From positions 3,833 through 67,832 of the IMG/VR virus record IMGVR_UViG_3300023218_000202: DNA of 64,000 nucleotides; one strand, written 5' to 3'. Origin of the DNA: a virus. Lineage: Duplodnaviria; Caudoviricetes. This document shows, piece by piece, positions 45,116 to 55,128 of the stretch. Each line of letters begins with the position of its first letter. Position 1 is the stretch's first letter. The position numbers were made by a program, and so were the translations under genes. The notes under the pieces were generated by a model, which was not told where the DNA came from, made no database searches, and saw only the letters and a program-made list of their open reading frames with translations.

Positions 45116-45529
45116 ATGGCCAGCAAAGCTAAGCGACTGCTCAACATCGGCAAGGCCCTGACGAAACTCAACGGCGATGAAGTCACCCGTCGAAATGCAG
45201 ACGGCAGCGAGGAGCCCTTCAGTGTGAAGCGGCTCCTGTGCGACGTGGTAGAAAACCTCTCGCCCAAGGACAGCGAAACCGCGATCCTGCTGCGGGACAT
45301 CGGCATCCAGATCGCCCGCTGCGAGGACGACTACGTCGAGTTGGACCAGACCGACTACAAGATCCTTGAGCGCGAGGTACGCAAGCAGTTCCTCGACCGC
45401 GAGGGGGCCGGCAACGTCCTGGGGAAGGCCGCGTTGCAGGAGGCCTTCAAGGAGGCTGAGGACCTCTACCGCAGCCCCAAGAAGCGCAAGGCTGCGCAGA
45501 AGGGCGAGGGAGAAGAAGAGAAGGAGTAG
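45116..45529 (+). CDS. Fibre-associated small protein (chaperone candidate)
   Basis: SD AAGGAGG; directly precedes the long fibre gene. Confidence 0.6.
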   Translation: MASKAKRLLNIGKALTKLNGDEVTRRNADGSEEPFSVKRLLCDVVENLSPKDSETAILLRDIGIQIARCEDDYVELDQTDYKILEREVRKQFLDREGAGNVLGKAALQEAFKEAEDLYRSPKKRKAAQKGEGEEEKE

Positions 45530-45532
45530 CCT

Positions 45533-48500
45533 GTGAACGCAAGCGAGCTCGTCAAGCCCACCGATTTCGTCGTGATGACGCTAGCCGCCGACCTCAACGT
45601 CGGTGTGACCAGCGAGATGGACGTCAACGAGGACGTGTCCGACCTGGAGTCGGCCGGCTGGGCGGTCATCCGTGATCCGGTGGGCGGGGACGAGGTCGTG
45701 AAGTGGACGGGCAAGGACGAGGCCAACGACAAGCTCACCGGGCTGACGCGCGGCGTGTCCGGCTCGGATGCGACCCACGCAGCCAGCGATGTGACCGCAG
45801 TCTACGGCTCGGCCACCAGCGCGGCCTATCTGGGCCAGATCGTCGACTTTCTGCAGAATCCGACCTTCGAGGCCTTTGCCTTCGAGCACGCCGGCAACGA
45901 CGTTACTCTGAAGAACCCCACGACGCACAGCGACGGGGACGGGTCACAGGGGGACGGCTCGCCCCGGCTCGTGTTCATCGGGAACTGGTTCAACGACTCG
46001 GCGGATACGAATACCGAGCTCAAGATGCAGCTCGAGCTCGTGCCGGAAGCGAGCTCGTTTTATCGACTCTCGCTAAAGGACAATGGGGGAGCGGAGAAGT
46101 TTTCCTTTGACCAAAGCGGGAACTTTGCCCTCAACGGTAATATCGACATGAGTTTTGGGACGATAGACAGCCCCGGGACTATTCTCTTCAAGAGCAACTC
46201 CGCCGTGATCGACGTCCAGGGCGCCTTTACTACCGGGGACAAGGTCGAGTGGCGCGTGATGGACCTCGGTTCCGTCTCGCAGACGACCTTCGTGACGGCG
46301 ACCGTCGGCGATCCGGCGACCTTCGACCTCTCGACCGCTGTCACGATGGGCGGCAACGCGATCTACTACGCCAGCGGCTCGGACGTGGCCGTGGCCGACG
46401 GAGGAACCGGCGCCAGCGACGCTTCCGGCGCGCGGTCAAACTTGGGGCTTGTAATCGGGAACCACGTACAGGCCCATGGCGCGGTCCTCGACGACCTCGC
46501 CGGGCTGACGCTGACCAAGGGCGATATCCTCGTCTACGACGGCTCCAACCTCGCTAAGCTAGACATCGGCTTGGACGGCCAGGTGTTGACACTGGACAGT
46601 GCCACAAGCACGGGGTTGCAGTGGGCCGCGGCCGGAAGCGGGAGTGCGATCGTGCTCGACCTTGGAGACGACAGTACGAACGAATCTTCCGACCTGACAG
46701 AGATCGCCACCACGGGCGATACGAACAGCATCTTCAGCGAGCCCAGCGCGGACAAGCTGTTGATTGACGTCAGCCGCCAGTGGCCCGTGGCGACGGACAT
46801 CGGCCGTCTGACCACGCTGGGGGACATCGCCTACCACGACGGGGGCAACACCGCCCGGCTGGCCGGGAACACGGCCACGACCAAGAAGTTTCTGGTCCAG
46901 ACCGGCGACGGGGCGAACTCGGCCGCGCCGGCCTGGAACACGCTGGCCGCCGGCGATTTGCCGAGTCACACGCATACCGAGTCCGAGATATCCGATCTCA
47001 AGAACTACGCCGACCTGGACGACACCGGGGCACAGACGTTTTCCGGGGACATCACCATCAGCGGGAACCTGACCGTCCAGGGGAGCGCGACCGAGATCCA
47101 GACCAGCGAGCTCAACGTCGACGACAACATCATCCGACTCAACGACGGCGTTACCGGCTCGCCCAGTCTCAACGCAGGCATTGAAGTCGAACGCGGGACG
47201 AGCGCCGACGTGCAACTCCGCTGGAACGAGACAACCGATACCTGGCAGGTCACCGAGGACGGGACGAACTTCTACAACCTCTGGCACGCAAACAACCTGA
47301 TCATCGGCACGGACGTAGCCGCGGCCTCGCACAACCACGCCGCCGGCGACATCGATTCCGGCACCTTCGCCGATGCCAGGATCGCGCAGAGCAACGTCAC
47401 CCAGCACGAAGCCTCGCTGACGATCACGGAGTCGCAGATTTCTGACCTGGGGAACTACCTGCTGAACATCACCGGGGAGTCGTTGAGCGACTTGAGTGAC
47501 GTAACCATCACCTCGATCGCCTCCGGGGAGGTGCTGAGGTGGGATGGCGAAAAGTGGATCAATAACACGCTAGGTGAAGCCGGCATCGCGGCCACGGGCC
47601 ACAGCCACGCGGCTGGGGACGTAACCAGTGGGACGTTCGCGGATGCGCGCATCGCGCAATCGAGCGTGACGCAGCACGAAGCCGCCCTGACCATCACCGA
47701 GAGCCAGATCAGCGACTTGGGTAGCTATCAGGCTGCCGACTCAGACCTGACCACGATCGCCGGATTTGGAAAAACCAAGGGGCGCGTCATGGTAGCCAAC
47801 GGGACAAACTGGGTGGCGCTCGATGTGGGTGCGGACGATGAGGTTCTAACTGCCGACAGCGCACAGGCAAGCGGCGTGAAGTGGGCAACTGGTGGTGGAG
47901 GCGGGAGCTCGCCCTGGACCGACGACGATCCCGGCGCATCGATTGGCGACACGTTCACGGCTTCGTCCGGCACCGAGACGCAGCTCAGCATCACGCCCAC
48001 GATCAACCAGACCTCGACGGCAGGCTATACCGCGATCCACGTCGACGTGACGGAAACGGCTACCGGCTCAGGCTCAACGAAGCTGCTTGACCTGCAAGTC
48101 GGTTCAAGCACGATGTTCTCCGTGGACAACGCCGGTAATCTTATATTCGCAGGCGGGGCACCGATCAAGCAGTGGGATACGACAGGGCTGAGTATTGGAA
48201 TCGACGCAGGGGACGGTAGCGATGCTGGGGTTAATGGGAGTGTTATTATTGGACGTCGCGCGGGTTTTGATATTACTTCGGGTAACAACAATACCCTGAT
48301 CGGGGCGAGAGCCGGGGAATCGCTCACAACCAATTCAGTCAACGTAATCATAGGATCATCGGCCGGTCAAGACATAGACGCAGGCGCAAATGTGTTAATA
48401 GGTGACACAGCTGGGAAACGAGCAGGTAGCAATAACGTATTTATCGGGAGACAATGTGCATTCGGTTCCACCAGCGGCTCTCCAACTAACTCTGTTGGGG

Positions 48501-49072
48501 TGGGCTCCCAAGCCCTACGATCTATTCAGGGCGGCGCAGGCAATACAGCCGTGGGCTATCGCGCCGGTTATGCTCCGAATGGAACCACGGGGAACGCCAC
48601 CACGACCGGCGCCAACAACACTTTCCTCGGTTTTGAAACAGGATTCGCCTCTTCCACCCAGCGTTCTCAAGCCATCGCCATCGGATACAACGCCGTAGTA
48701 GATGCTGACAACGTAGCAGTCATCGGTGGGATCGGGTCGGATTCCATCAAGCTGGGCCTAAACATCACTGCGCCTACAGCCCAGCTACATCAAGTCATCA
48801 ACGATGCTGGAGATATCGGGCATCTGATTAAGCACGCAGCAACCCCGACAGCCGACATGCTTCGACTGCTAGACTCCAGCGATACGTTCCTGGGGGGGTT
48901 TAATAAGGACGGCTACTTCATCACGAAGAAGAACGCCGCGCCTGCCGATGGTGACCTGGACGCGAGTGAATTGGCCCTTTGGTTCGACGATACGAACGGT
49001 TCGGCTAAACTGATGGTCAAGGCCAAGCAGGCAGACGGAACGGTGGTGACGGGGAATGTGGCTCTCAGCTAA
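45533..49072 (+). CDS. Long tail fibre / tailspike
   Basis: Gly/Thr/Ser/Asp-rich; HxH knot repeats; distal N(T/V)(A/L/F)(I/V)G beta-helix repeats. Confidence 0.85.
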   Translation: MNASELVKPTDFVVMTLAADLNVGVTSEMDVNEDVSDLESAGWAVIRDPVGGDEVVKWTGKDEANDKLTGLTRGVSGSDATHAASDVTAVYGSATSAAYLGQIVDFLQNPTFEAFAFEHAGNDVTLKNPTTHSDGDGSQGDGSPRLVFIGNWFNDSADTNTELKMQLELVPEASSFYRLSLKDNGGAEKFSFDQSGNFALNGNIDMSFGTIDSPGTILFKSNSAVIDVQGAFTTGDKVEWRVMDLGSVSQTTFVTATVGDPATFDLSTAVTMGGNAIYYASGSDVAVADGGTGASDASGARSNLGLVIGNHVQAHGAVLDDLAGLTLTKGDILVYDGSNLAKLDIGLDGQVLTLDSATSTGLQWAAAGSGSAIVLDLGDDSTNESSDLTEIATTGDTNSIFSEPSADKLLIDVSRQWPVATDIGRLTTLGDIAYHDGGNTARLAGNTATTKKFLVQTGDGANSAAPAWNTLAAGDLPSHTHTESEISDLKNYADLDDTGAQTFSGDITISGNLTVQGSATEIQTSELNVDDNIIRLNDGVTGSPSLNAGIEVERGTSADVQLRWNETTDTWQVTEDGTNFYNLWHANNLIIGTDVAAASHNHAAGDIDSGTFADARIAQSNVTQHEASLTITESQISDLGNYLLNITGESLSDLSDVTITSIASGEVLRWDGEKWINNTLGEAGIAATGHSHAAGDVTSGTFADARIAQSSVTQHEAALTITESQISDLGSYQAADSDLTTIAGFGKTKGRVMVANGTNWVALDVGADDEVLTADSAQASGVKWATGGGGGSSPWTDDDPGASIGDTFTASSGTETQLSITPTINQTSTAGYTAIHVDVTETATGSGSTKLLDLQVGSSTMFSVDNAGNLIFAGGAPIKQWDTTGLSIGIDAGDGSDAGVNGSVIIGRRAGFDITSGNNNTLIGARAGESLTTNSVNVIIGSSAGQDIDAGANVLIGDTAGKRAGSNNVFIGRQCAFGSTSGSPTNSVGVGSQALRSIQGGAGNTAVGYRAGYAPNGTTGNATTTGANNTFLGFETGFASSTQRSQAIAIGYNAVVDADNVAVIGGIGSDSIKLGLNITAPTAQLHQVINDAGDIGHLIKHAATPTADMLRLLDSSDTFLGGFNKDGYFITKKNAAPADGDLDASELALWFDDTNGSAKLMVKAKQADGTVVTGNVALS

Positions 49073-49511
49073 CCTCTATAACGGGCTCAACGCTGAAAGT
49101 CCCCTCCTCGGTGCGCAGCGTTACAAGCGAGGTTTCACCGTATCCGTCAGCGTTGTTGTGACCTGTAAAGGCACCGTCAAGCCAGATGGTAGGGCTCTGG
49201 AAAGTCGTCAGCTCGACGGCAGTTGTGCCGGGCCAGCCGCTCGCGCCGGCTTCGACCAAAAGGCCAGACAGGTCGTCTCCGGCCTCCACCACACGCAAAC
49301 CGACTCGGAAGGCTGCAATGGACTGGACGTTGGCCCCGAAGCGGACAGGGTCTGGCCCAACCTGGATTGGCGTGTCGGCCCCGATAACGGAGAGGACCAG
49401 CACGTCTTCGACCACAAAGGAAACATCCGCTCCCTGAGTGGCCTGTCCCGCGTGAAGGGCTGTCTGAGAACAGAGCGAAAGAAGCAAGAGCGCGCATACA
49501 ATCCGTTTCAT
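49065..49511 (-). CDS. Secreted protein on the opposite strand (moron-like)
   Basis: SD AGGAGGT, signal peptide, AT-rich upstream region. Confidence 0.7.
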   Translation of the reverse strand: MKRIVCALLLLSLCSQTALHAGQATQGADVSFVVEDVLVLSVIGADTPIQVGPDPVRFGANVQSIAAFRVGLRVVEAGDDLSGLLVEAGASGWPGTTAVELTTFQSPTIWLDGAFTGHNNADGYGETSLVTLRTEEGTFSVEPVIEVS

Positions 49512-49573
49512 GGTTACCTCCTAAAGTTTCTTCATAATAAGGTAGTCTATCCAACTTAGCAAAGGGGTATGTG

Positions 49574-49945
49574 ATGGCCCTTACATACAACTACACGGGT
49601 TCAGGCGACGGCGACAAGCTACGTGAGAACCTGGGGGATACCGAGCCGCGCACGATGGCCTTCCCCAACGAGCTGCTCGATCGCTGGCTGGATGACGCCG
49701 GCGGCGATCTAGACCTCGCGGCCGCGGCGGCCTATGACTGGCTGGCCGGGAATCCAGAGGCGCTCAAGAAAAAGTACGGTCTGACCAGGAACTATGAGGC
49801 CGACAAGCTGCGGGAGTACATCAACCTCGCCTTGGAAACCGCACAGCGTTTCCGTGAGAAGGCGCGCCCCAGCCTGGGAACGCACGATGATGGCTTCGAG
49901 GTCTCGGGCCACCTCAACACGATGCGAAAGCGGAAGCGAGTGTGA
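49574..49945 (+). CDS. Head-tail adaptor-like protein 2
   Basis: TYNY....DGDKLRENLGDT....FPNELL..WL...DLAAAAA; similar to 41563-41838. Confidence 0.65.
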   Translation: MALTYNYTGSGDGDKLRENLGDTEPRTMAFPNELLDRWLDDAGGDLDLAAAAAYDWLAGNPEALKKKYGLTRNYEADKLREYINLALETAQRFREKARPSLGTHDDGFEVSGHLNTMRKRKRV

Positions 49946-50601
49946 AAATGCAACGGTCGTTCGCGCGGGCGTCCTGGCGGGCGCGGGAGCAGGGGGTCGA
50001 TCTCTCGGAATTCGAAGCTCCAGAGGAGTTTCGTTTGGGGCCAAAGCGCCATGCGAACCTCGATATCTTCGTAGACCTGGACTCGTTCGCCTCGCGTGCG
50101 ATCCTGAAGTTCTCCGACGTGAAAGGCAAATACGACGACTTCCGCAGTCGGATCGCCGTACTCGAACGTAACCAATCGCGCCGGCTGGCGCGCGAACTGG
50201 TGGACGAGCTCAACCGGATTGCCGGGGAGAAAATCGTGCGAGACGGTGGGTTCCAAGAAGAGGAACTGGACGCCTTGCGCGATCCGTTCAATCGGGCGCT
50301 CGACGAGAGGCTTGCCCGGATTCCGGAACCGCAACCGTCCCGCCGGGCGCCGTTCGGGGATCAGCTTACGGACTTCGAGCTGCGCGAGCGGGTGCTGACC
50401 CGGCTGAAGAAGCTGGGCAAGCTCGAGCAGACCCAGCGCACGGCCGCGCGTTATGAGGCGCTGGACCCGAGGGAACAGGACGCCGTCGTGCGCCATCTGG
50501 TTCGCTTCGCCCGGCAGCTCCAGGTGAACCCGACCGAGTGGACCGTGCGGGTGTTCGAATCGCTCGTGGGCGAGGCCATGCGCGAGGCGGGGGTGGCATA
50601 G
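49942..50601 (+). CDS. Helical hypothetical protein
   Basis: GTGA coupling; contains LGPKR...LVDELNRI. Confidence 0.65.
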   Translation: MKMQRSFARASWRAREQGVDLSEFEAPEEFRLGPKRHANLDIFVDLDSFASRAILKFSDVKGKYDDFRSRIAVLERNQSRRLARELVDELNRIAGEKIVRDGGFQEEELDALRDPFNRALDERLARIPEPQPSRRAPFGDQLTDFELRERVLTRLKKLGKLEQTQRTAARYEALDPREQDAVVRHLVRFARQLQVNPTEWTVRVFESLVGEAMREAGVA

Positions 50602-51174
50602 GTGTCCCGAGGGCCTGCCGGGAAGGACCAGATCAAGGAACGCTCGATCGAGGACCTTCAGGCCTTTGTCCAGGCCGGCCGGGGTGGTGAGCTGGCCGCT
50701 GACGATCGGCGCATGTTGGTCGAGTACTACCTCTACGGCTCGGATCAGCCGCGCCCGACGCAGGTCCAGATGGCCAAATGGTTCGATGTAAGCCGCAGGA
50801 CAATCGCCTCGGACATCCACCTGATCCACGAAACGGCATTCGAGGGGGCCAAGGCCGGGGACCGCATCTCGGGCATGATAGGCATGGTCTTCCGGCAATT
50901 CGAGCGGGATCTGCAGCTCCTGGACGAGTCGCTCAAGGCGACCCGGCCGGGGACGAAGGACAGGCTCGACCACATCAAGGCTAGCTCACAGATCACCGAG
51001 CGCTTCCTCGACACGCTGCGCGAACTGGGCTTCCTGAAGAAGATCGCCACCGACGTCAACGTGCGGCACTTCGGGCCGGGCCAGCTCGTCAAGGCGATCC
51101 TGCTGGCACAGGAGAAGGGCTACACCGACGTGCAGGAAGCCAAGGCGGAACGCGAACTCCCCAGCAGTAACTAG
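50602..51174 (+). CDS. HTH protein, terminase small subunit candidate
   Basis: TQVQMAKWFDVSRRTIASDI HTH followed by a helical oligomerisation region. Confidence 0.55.
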   Translation: MSRGPAGKDQIKERSIEDLQAFVQAGRGGELAADDRRMLVEYYLYGSDQPRPTQVQMAKWFDVSRRTIASDIHLIHETAFEGAKAGDRISGMIGMVFRQFERDLQLLDESLKATRPGTKDRLDHIKASSQITERFLDTLRELGFLKKIATDVNVRHFGPGQLVKAILLAQEKGYTDVQEAKAERELPSSN

Positions 51175-51881
51175 AGCTCGAGCTCGGGCACGTCGGGGAG
51201 GTCAAGATTCTCAGGCGCGATGATCATCGTCCCGACGGTCCAGTCATACCCCGCCACTCGCAGCAGCGTGGCGCTGTATCTCCTTTGGAACCCCAAAGCC
51301 ACCCTGGAGTCGGGCAGCCCATACAAAAGCCGATACAGGCGCTCTCGGTTGAAGAATTCGCCCCCGAGCTTCCCGAGGCTTGGCCGCGCCGGCGCGTTGT
51401 AGGGGGCCTTGCGGCAGGCGGCGCACCCGATGACGCCCTCACCGTCGCATTTGGCGCAGAACTCGGCCTCGTCCTCTGCGATGACGTGCCCGCCGGTCCC
51501 CTCGCAGTCGGGGCAGCGGACGTGCTCGGTGTCCTGGCAGTCGGGGCACCGCTCCAGCCAGGCGGGACCGGGCCCGTCGCACCAGGCCAGCAGTCGCTTG
51601 AGCTCGACGACGCCGAGGTCGCGCTCCGGCGGCGCGAGCAACTCGGAGGCGAGCTTGCGAAGGTCCTCGGCGCCGACCCCAGACGGCGTGTCGGGGTGTG
51701 TCAGCGGGTCGCGCAGCTCGAGGCCCTCAAGGCGGGGGCCCAGGATGATCCCGTAGCCGTCCGTGGCCAGGGTCATGGGCCGGCCTTCGATCTCGACGGC
51801 GAAGGGCTTGTCCAGCGCGCGGGCATTGTGGAGTGTGCAATGGCGCAGCCAGCGGGCTTGCTCTTCGGTAGTCAGTGGCAT
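51171..51881 (-). CDS. Hypothetical protein with DnaJ-type CxxCxGxG zinc-finger insert
   Basis: ATDG motif, CPDCEGTG and CAKCDGEG repeats, FFNRERL. Confidence 0.7.
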   Translation of the reverse strand: MPLTTEEQARWLRHCTLHNARALDKPFAVEIEGRPMTLATDGYGIILGPRLEGLELRDPLTHPDTPSGVGAEDLRKLASELLAPPERDLGVVELKRLLAWCDGPGPAWLERCPDCQDTEHVRCPDCEGTGGHVIAEDEAEFCAKCDGEGVIGCAACRKAPYNAPARPSLGKLGGEFFNRERLYRLLYGLPDSRVALGFQRRYSATLLRVAGYDWTVGTMIIAPENLDLPDVPELEL

Positions 51882-51892
51882 GGGGGTCTCCT

Positions 51893-53893
51893 TTAAGAAC
51901 CGAACAGGCTCAATTGTTCGCCAACGGTGGTGGCTGCCGGCTTTTTGAAGTGGCTGTTGGCGTGGCCGTTCCCGTTTCCGTTTCCGTTCTGTGCCGCCTG
52001 CGGTCGTAGGGCGTTCACGCGCTCGCGCAGCTCGGCCTGGGGCATCTCCTCGCCGTCGGCCTGGCGCCGGACCCGACCGGCGGTGATCTGCTTGGCCACG
52101 TCGAACACGCTCAGGCGCTCTTCCTCGTTGTCCTGCAGCGCGCCGTCGATCGCAAGGTCGCTGGCGTTGCCCTTGCGGCGGATCAGGTCGATATGGTACT
52201 CCTCGATCGAGTCCCGGTGGTAGAGGTAGTAAACCTCGACGTCGTCCTTCGAGTGCGTGCGGTGGATGCGCTCGACGGCCTGCCGGGTGGTCGAGTGTTC
52301 CCAGATGTAGTCGGTCATGAAGGCGTAGCGCGCGTTTTCGATGTTGTGGCCCAGGTTCATGGCCTCGATCCCGGCGATGAGCAGATCGTACTCCCCGCGC
52401 TTGAAGGCCCGCACGAGCGCGCCGCGCTTCTTGGGCGAGACCGTGCCGTTGAGCACCAGCGCCTTGAGGCCGATGCGGTCGAGCTCCTTGCGCAGGTGCT
52501 CGGCGTAGTCCTGCAGCGAGGTGAGCACCAGGCTCTGCTCGCCGCGGTCGCGGACCTCGGCCAGCTTCTCGATCAGCCAGGCCGTCTTGGGCGTCAGGCC
52601 GTCGTCCAGCCGCTTGCCCACGTGGAAGCCGTCTTCGAGGTCGCGCCCTTCCAGCTTGTCGGAGCTGGGCAACGAGGAGGCCGTCTTGAGCTTGGCGAGC
52701 TGGCCCATGATCTTCTGGCGCAGCTCGAGCGTGTGGTCGTCCCCGCTGTAGGCGTGCGTCTGCTTGTACCACTCGACGAACTCGGTTTCCCACCAGTCGT
52801 ACACCGCGCGCTGCTCCTGGCTCATGGGGAGGTCGACGTAGCGCGTGCTCATGTCCACGAACTCCATCCCGTAAGCCTCGGGCTTGGTGCGCCGCAGGAT
52901 GGCGGGGCTCAGCAGGCGCCAGAGCATCGAGATGTTGGTGATCTCGGGCAGGAAGCGCTTGCCGCTGGTGTTGCCCTTGTTATACTTCTTCTTCTCCTGT
53001 TCGTAGACGCAGAAGTCCTCCAGGAACTTGTCCAAGCCGCCCTCAAAGCGATACGGAAACACCGCGCTCCCCTCGCCGTAGCACCAGTGGAGCAAGTAGA
53101 ACAGGTCCGGCAGCGTGGACTTGATGGGCGAGCCGCTCAGGACCATCTTGTTGCGCGCCCGCAGCGCGTGCACGGCGCGGCCCTGCAGGCTGTTGACGTT
53201 CTTCATCTTGACGCCCTCGTCCACCAGGATGGTGTCGAAGATGTTCTTCAGGAGTTGGTAGACCGGCGTGGGCCGCGCCTCGTAGCGGTGGTAGCCGCAG
53301 TGGGCGCACACCTGCCCGCTCCAGCCCTCCACGGCGCGGCACTCGGGGCAGTAGGATATGAAGGGCAGCTCCTCGTCGGTCCGCTCGTCCCGCTCCGCCT
53401 CGAAGGTGTTGGGCTCGCCGCAGTCGGCGCACTGGCGCAAGTCGGTCGTGAGTCGGCCGCGGCAACGCCGGCAGACCCGGCTGCGGCGGTAGAACTCCTG
53501 CAGCGCGTCCTTCTTGTAGGGGCCGCGCCCGAGCTGCTCCCAGGCCGGTCCGGGCCGCCAGTCGGGAGAGGGCTCCTGCTTGGTGGGCATCCCTTTCAAG
53601 AACTCGAAGTGGGTGAAGTAGTACCCCCGCGGCCGCGCGCGCCAGAGGCGGATCGCCTGGGCGTAGCTGTCGACCTTGGTCATCTCGATGCCGAGCTTGT
53701 CGGCCTCGGCGCGCCATTGGTCCCACAGGTCTTGCGGGGCGATCACGAGACAGCGCTTGGCGTTGCGCAGCTTGGTCCAGATCAGGCTGGTCAGGGTCTT
53801 GCCCAAGGACTGCTGGTAGCCGAGCAGGGCCTTGGAACGGCAGCCCAGCTTGGCCAGGTCGTCCCGCTGGTAGGGAAACAGCGTGATGCTCAC
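51893..53893 (-). CDS. SNF2-like helicase/ATPase with Zn-finger inserts
   Basis: QQSLGKT Walker A, LVDEG, LSGSP, MNLGHNI and QAVERIHR motifs. Confidence 0.88.
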   Translation of the reverse strand: MSITLFPYQRDDLAKLGCRSKALLGYQQSLGKTLTSLIWTKLRNAKRCLVIAPQDLWDQWRAEADKLGIEMTKVDSYAQAIRLWRARPRGYYFTHFEFLKGMPTKQEPSPDWRPGPAWEQLGRGPYKKDALQEFYRRSRVCRRCRGRLTTDLRQCADCGEPNTFEAERDERTDEELPFISYCPECRAVEGWSGQVCAHCGYHRYEARPTPVYQLLKNIFDTILVDEGVKMKNVNSLQGRAVHALRARNKMVLSGSPIKSTLPDLFYLLHWCYGEGSAVFPYRFEGGLDKFLEDFCVYEQEKKKYNKGNTSGKRFLPEITNISMLWRLLSPAILRRTKPEAYGMEFVDMSTRYVDLPMSQEQRAVYDWWETEFVEWYKQTHAYSGDDHTLELRQKIMGQLAKLKTASSLPSSDKLEGRDLEDGFHVGKRLDDGLTPKTAWLIEKLAEVRDRGEQSLVLTSLQDYAEHLRKELDRIGLKALVLNGTVSPKKRGALVRAFKRGEYDLLIAGIEAMNLGHNIENARYAFMTDYIWEHSTTRQAVERIHRTHSKDDVEVYYLYHRDSIEEYHIDLIRRKGNASDLAIDGALQDNEEERLSVFDVAKQITAGRVRRQADGEEMPQAELRERVNALRPQAAQNGNGNGNGHANSHFKKPAATTVGEQLSLFGS

Positions 53894-53929
53894 GGCGGGC
53901 ACCTCCTTTCTTTCCGTTGGCGCTCGTCC

Positions 53930-54241
53930 TCAAGCGCCAACGGGCTGTCGGGCAGGCGGCAGGCGCAGCTCAGGGTCGAGCCCGTGCTGGGTGCGCTTGA
54001 TCGAGACGGCCTCCTCGATGCGCTCCCTGAAGTCGTCCTCGCCGAAGAAATCGGTGTAGCCGATGTATTGGATCCAGAGGTAGTCGTAGATCCTGCGCTC
54101 CTCGCGGTTGGCGCGGCTCAGGGTCGTGCGCCCGCCCTTGCGGACGTCGCGGAAGACGAACGGATCGTGCAGGACGAGCGTGTCGCCGGGAGAAAACTGC
54201 TCGTCCAGGGAGTGCTCGACATTGGCGAGCCAGACGCGCAT
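53930..54241 (-). CDS. Hypothetical protein
   Basis: SD AAAGGAGG. Confidence 0.6.
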   Translation of the reverse strand: MRVWLANVEHSLDEQFSPGDTLVLHDPFVFRDVRKGGRTTLSRANREERRIYDYLWIQYIGYTDFFGEDDFRERIEEAVSIKRTQHGLDPELRLPPARQPVGA

Positions 54242-54260
54242 AGCGCCTCCTTTCTGCGAA

Positions 54261-55052
54261 TCAAACCCCGCACATGCCTTCGCATTCAGCGGAGAACCCG
54301 AAGGCGATTTGGCCACGATCCTCCTCGGTCGAGAGGTCCACCTCACTCAGGGGGACCGCCTGCCGATGGAGGTAGCAGTCGTGATGCACGCGCGGGAGCC
54401 GACGGATGCGTCGGTCGAAGGCTACAGCATCGTTCCATAGTTCCGGGTGGTTGTCGCGTAGGTCGCGCCAGAAACCGTCGTCGTGGAAGGGGCAGCCGAT
54501 ACAGCTCGACTTCTTCGGGAGTCGGTAACCGCGGTCTTTCAGCCATGCCAGGCAGCCGGCGCGCGAGATGCGTCGTTCGATGAGGGGCCAGCGGTTTTCG
54601 ATCCACTGCCGGCGCGAGGGCTTCATACGCTGGGCCTCATCGAGGCTGATCCCGATCCAGAGTTCCACGGAGGCCGGCTGCGGCCGGCCGGGGCCGAGAC
54701 GACTTCGGAGGTAGCGGTGGATGGGCTCGACCTTGTACTCGCGCGTGCATTGGCGGCGTAGCATCGAGACCTTGCCCGTTTCTGGATCGCGGGTGAACAC
54801 AGGGATAGAAGCGAAACGGGAGTCCGAGTCGGCGTTTAGCAGGTCTTCTTTCAGGTTGCCCTTGGAGACGCGGGCGATCTCGATCGAGGTCTGCTCGTCG
54901 AGATAGCTCAGGTAGTCGTAAACCCAAGGCGGTTCCCAGCCGGTATCCGCAAACACGGCCAGGCCCGGTCGTTGGTCAAAGACGCCTTCTTCGGCCATCA
55001 ACAACAGGGCGGAACTCTGCACACCGCCCCCAAGACTGAGGACGCGGAGCAT
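54261..55052 (-). CDS. PAPS-reductase / adenine nucleotide alpha-hydrolase family protein
   Basis: SLGGGVQS PP-loop, ADTGWE, RQCT, KSSCIGCPFH, terminal ECEGMCGV. Confidence 0.82.
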   Translation of the reverse strand: MLRVLSLGGGVQSSALLLMAEEGVFDQRPGLAVFADTGWEPPWVYDYLSYLDEQTSIEIARVSKGNLKEDLLNADSDSRFASIPVFTRDPETGKVSMLRRQCTREYKVEPIHRYLRSRLGPGRPQPASVELWIGISLDEAQRMKPSRRQWIENRWPLIERRISRAGCLAWLKDRGYRLPKKSSCIGCPFHDDGFWRDLRDNHPELWNDAVAFDRRIRRLPRVHHDCYLHRQAVPLSEVDLSTEEDRGQIAFGFSAECEGMCGV

Positions 55053-55128
55053 GGAATCTCCTCCTTCAAAGAAGCGGTCATCGCCAGTGGATGAGCGCTT
55101 CTGGCCTATGATGTGGGGGGACGTTGAC

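Noticed and set aside
51882-52793. 540-aa version of the 51171 ORF
   Set aside because: The extension overlaps the helicase in another frame. A good SD (AAGGAG) supports the start at 51881.
52193-54583. Long antisense ORFs (also 3312-4784, 18182-19594, 31797-33281, 34437-36182)
   Set aside because: Shadow frames opposite well-supported genes in GC-rich DNA, with no motifs or SD.
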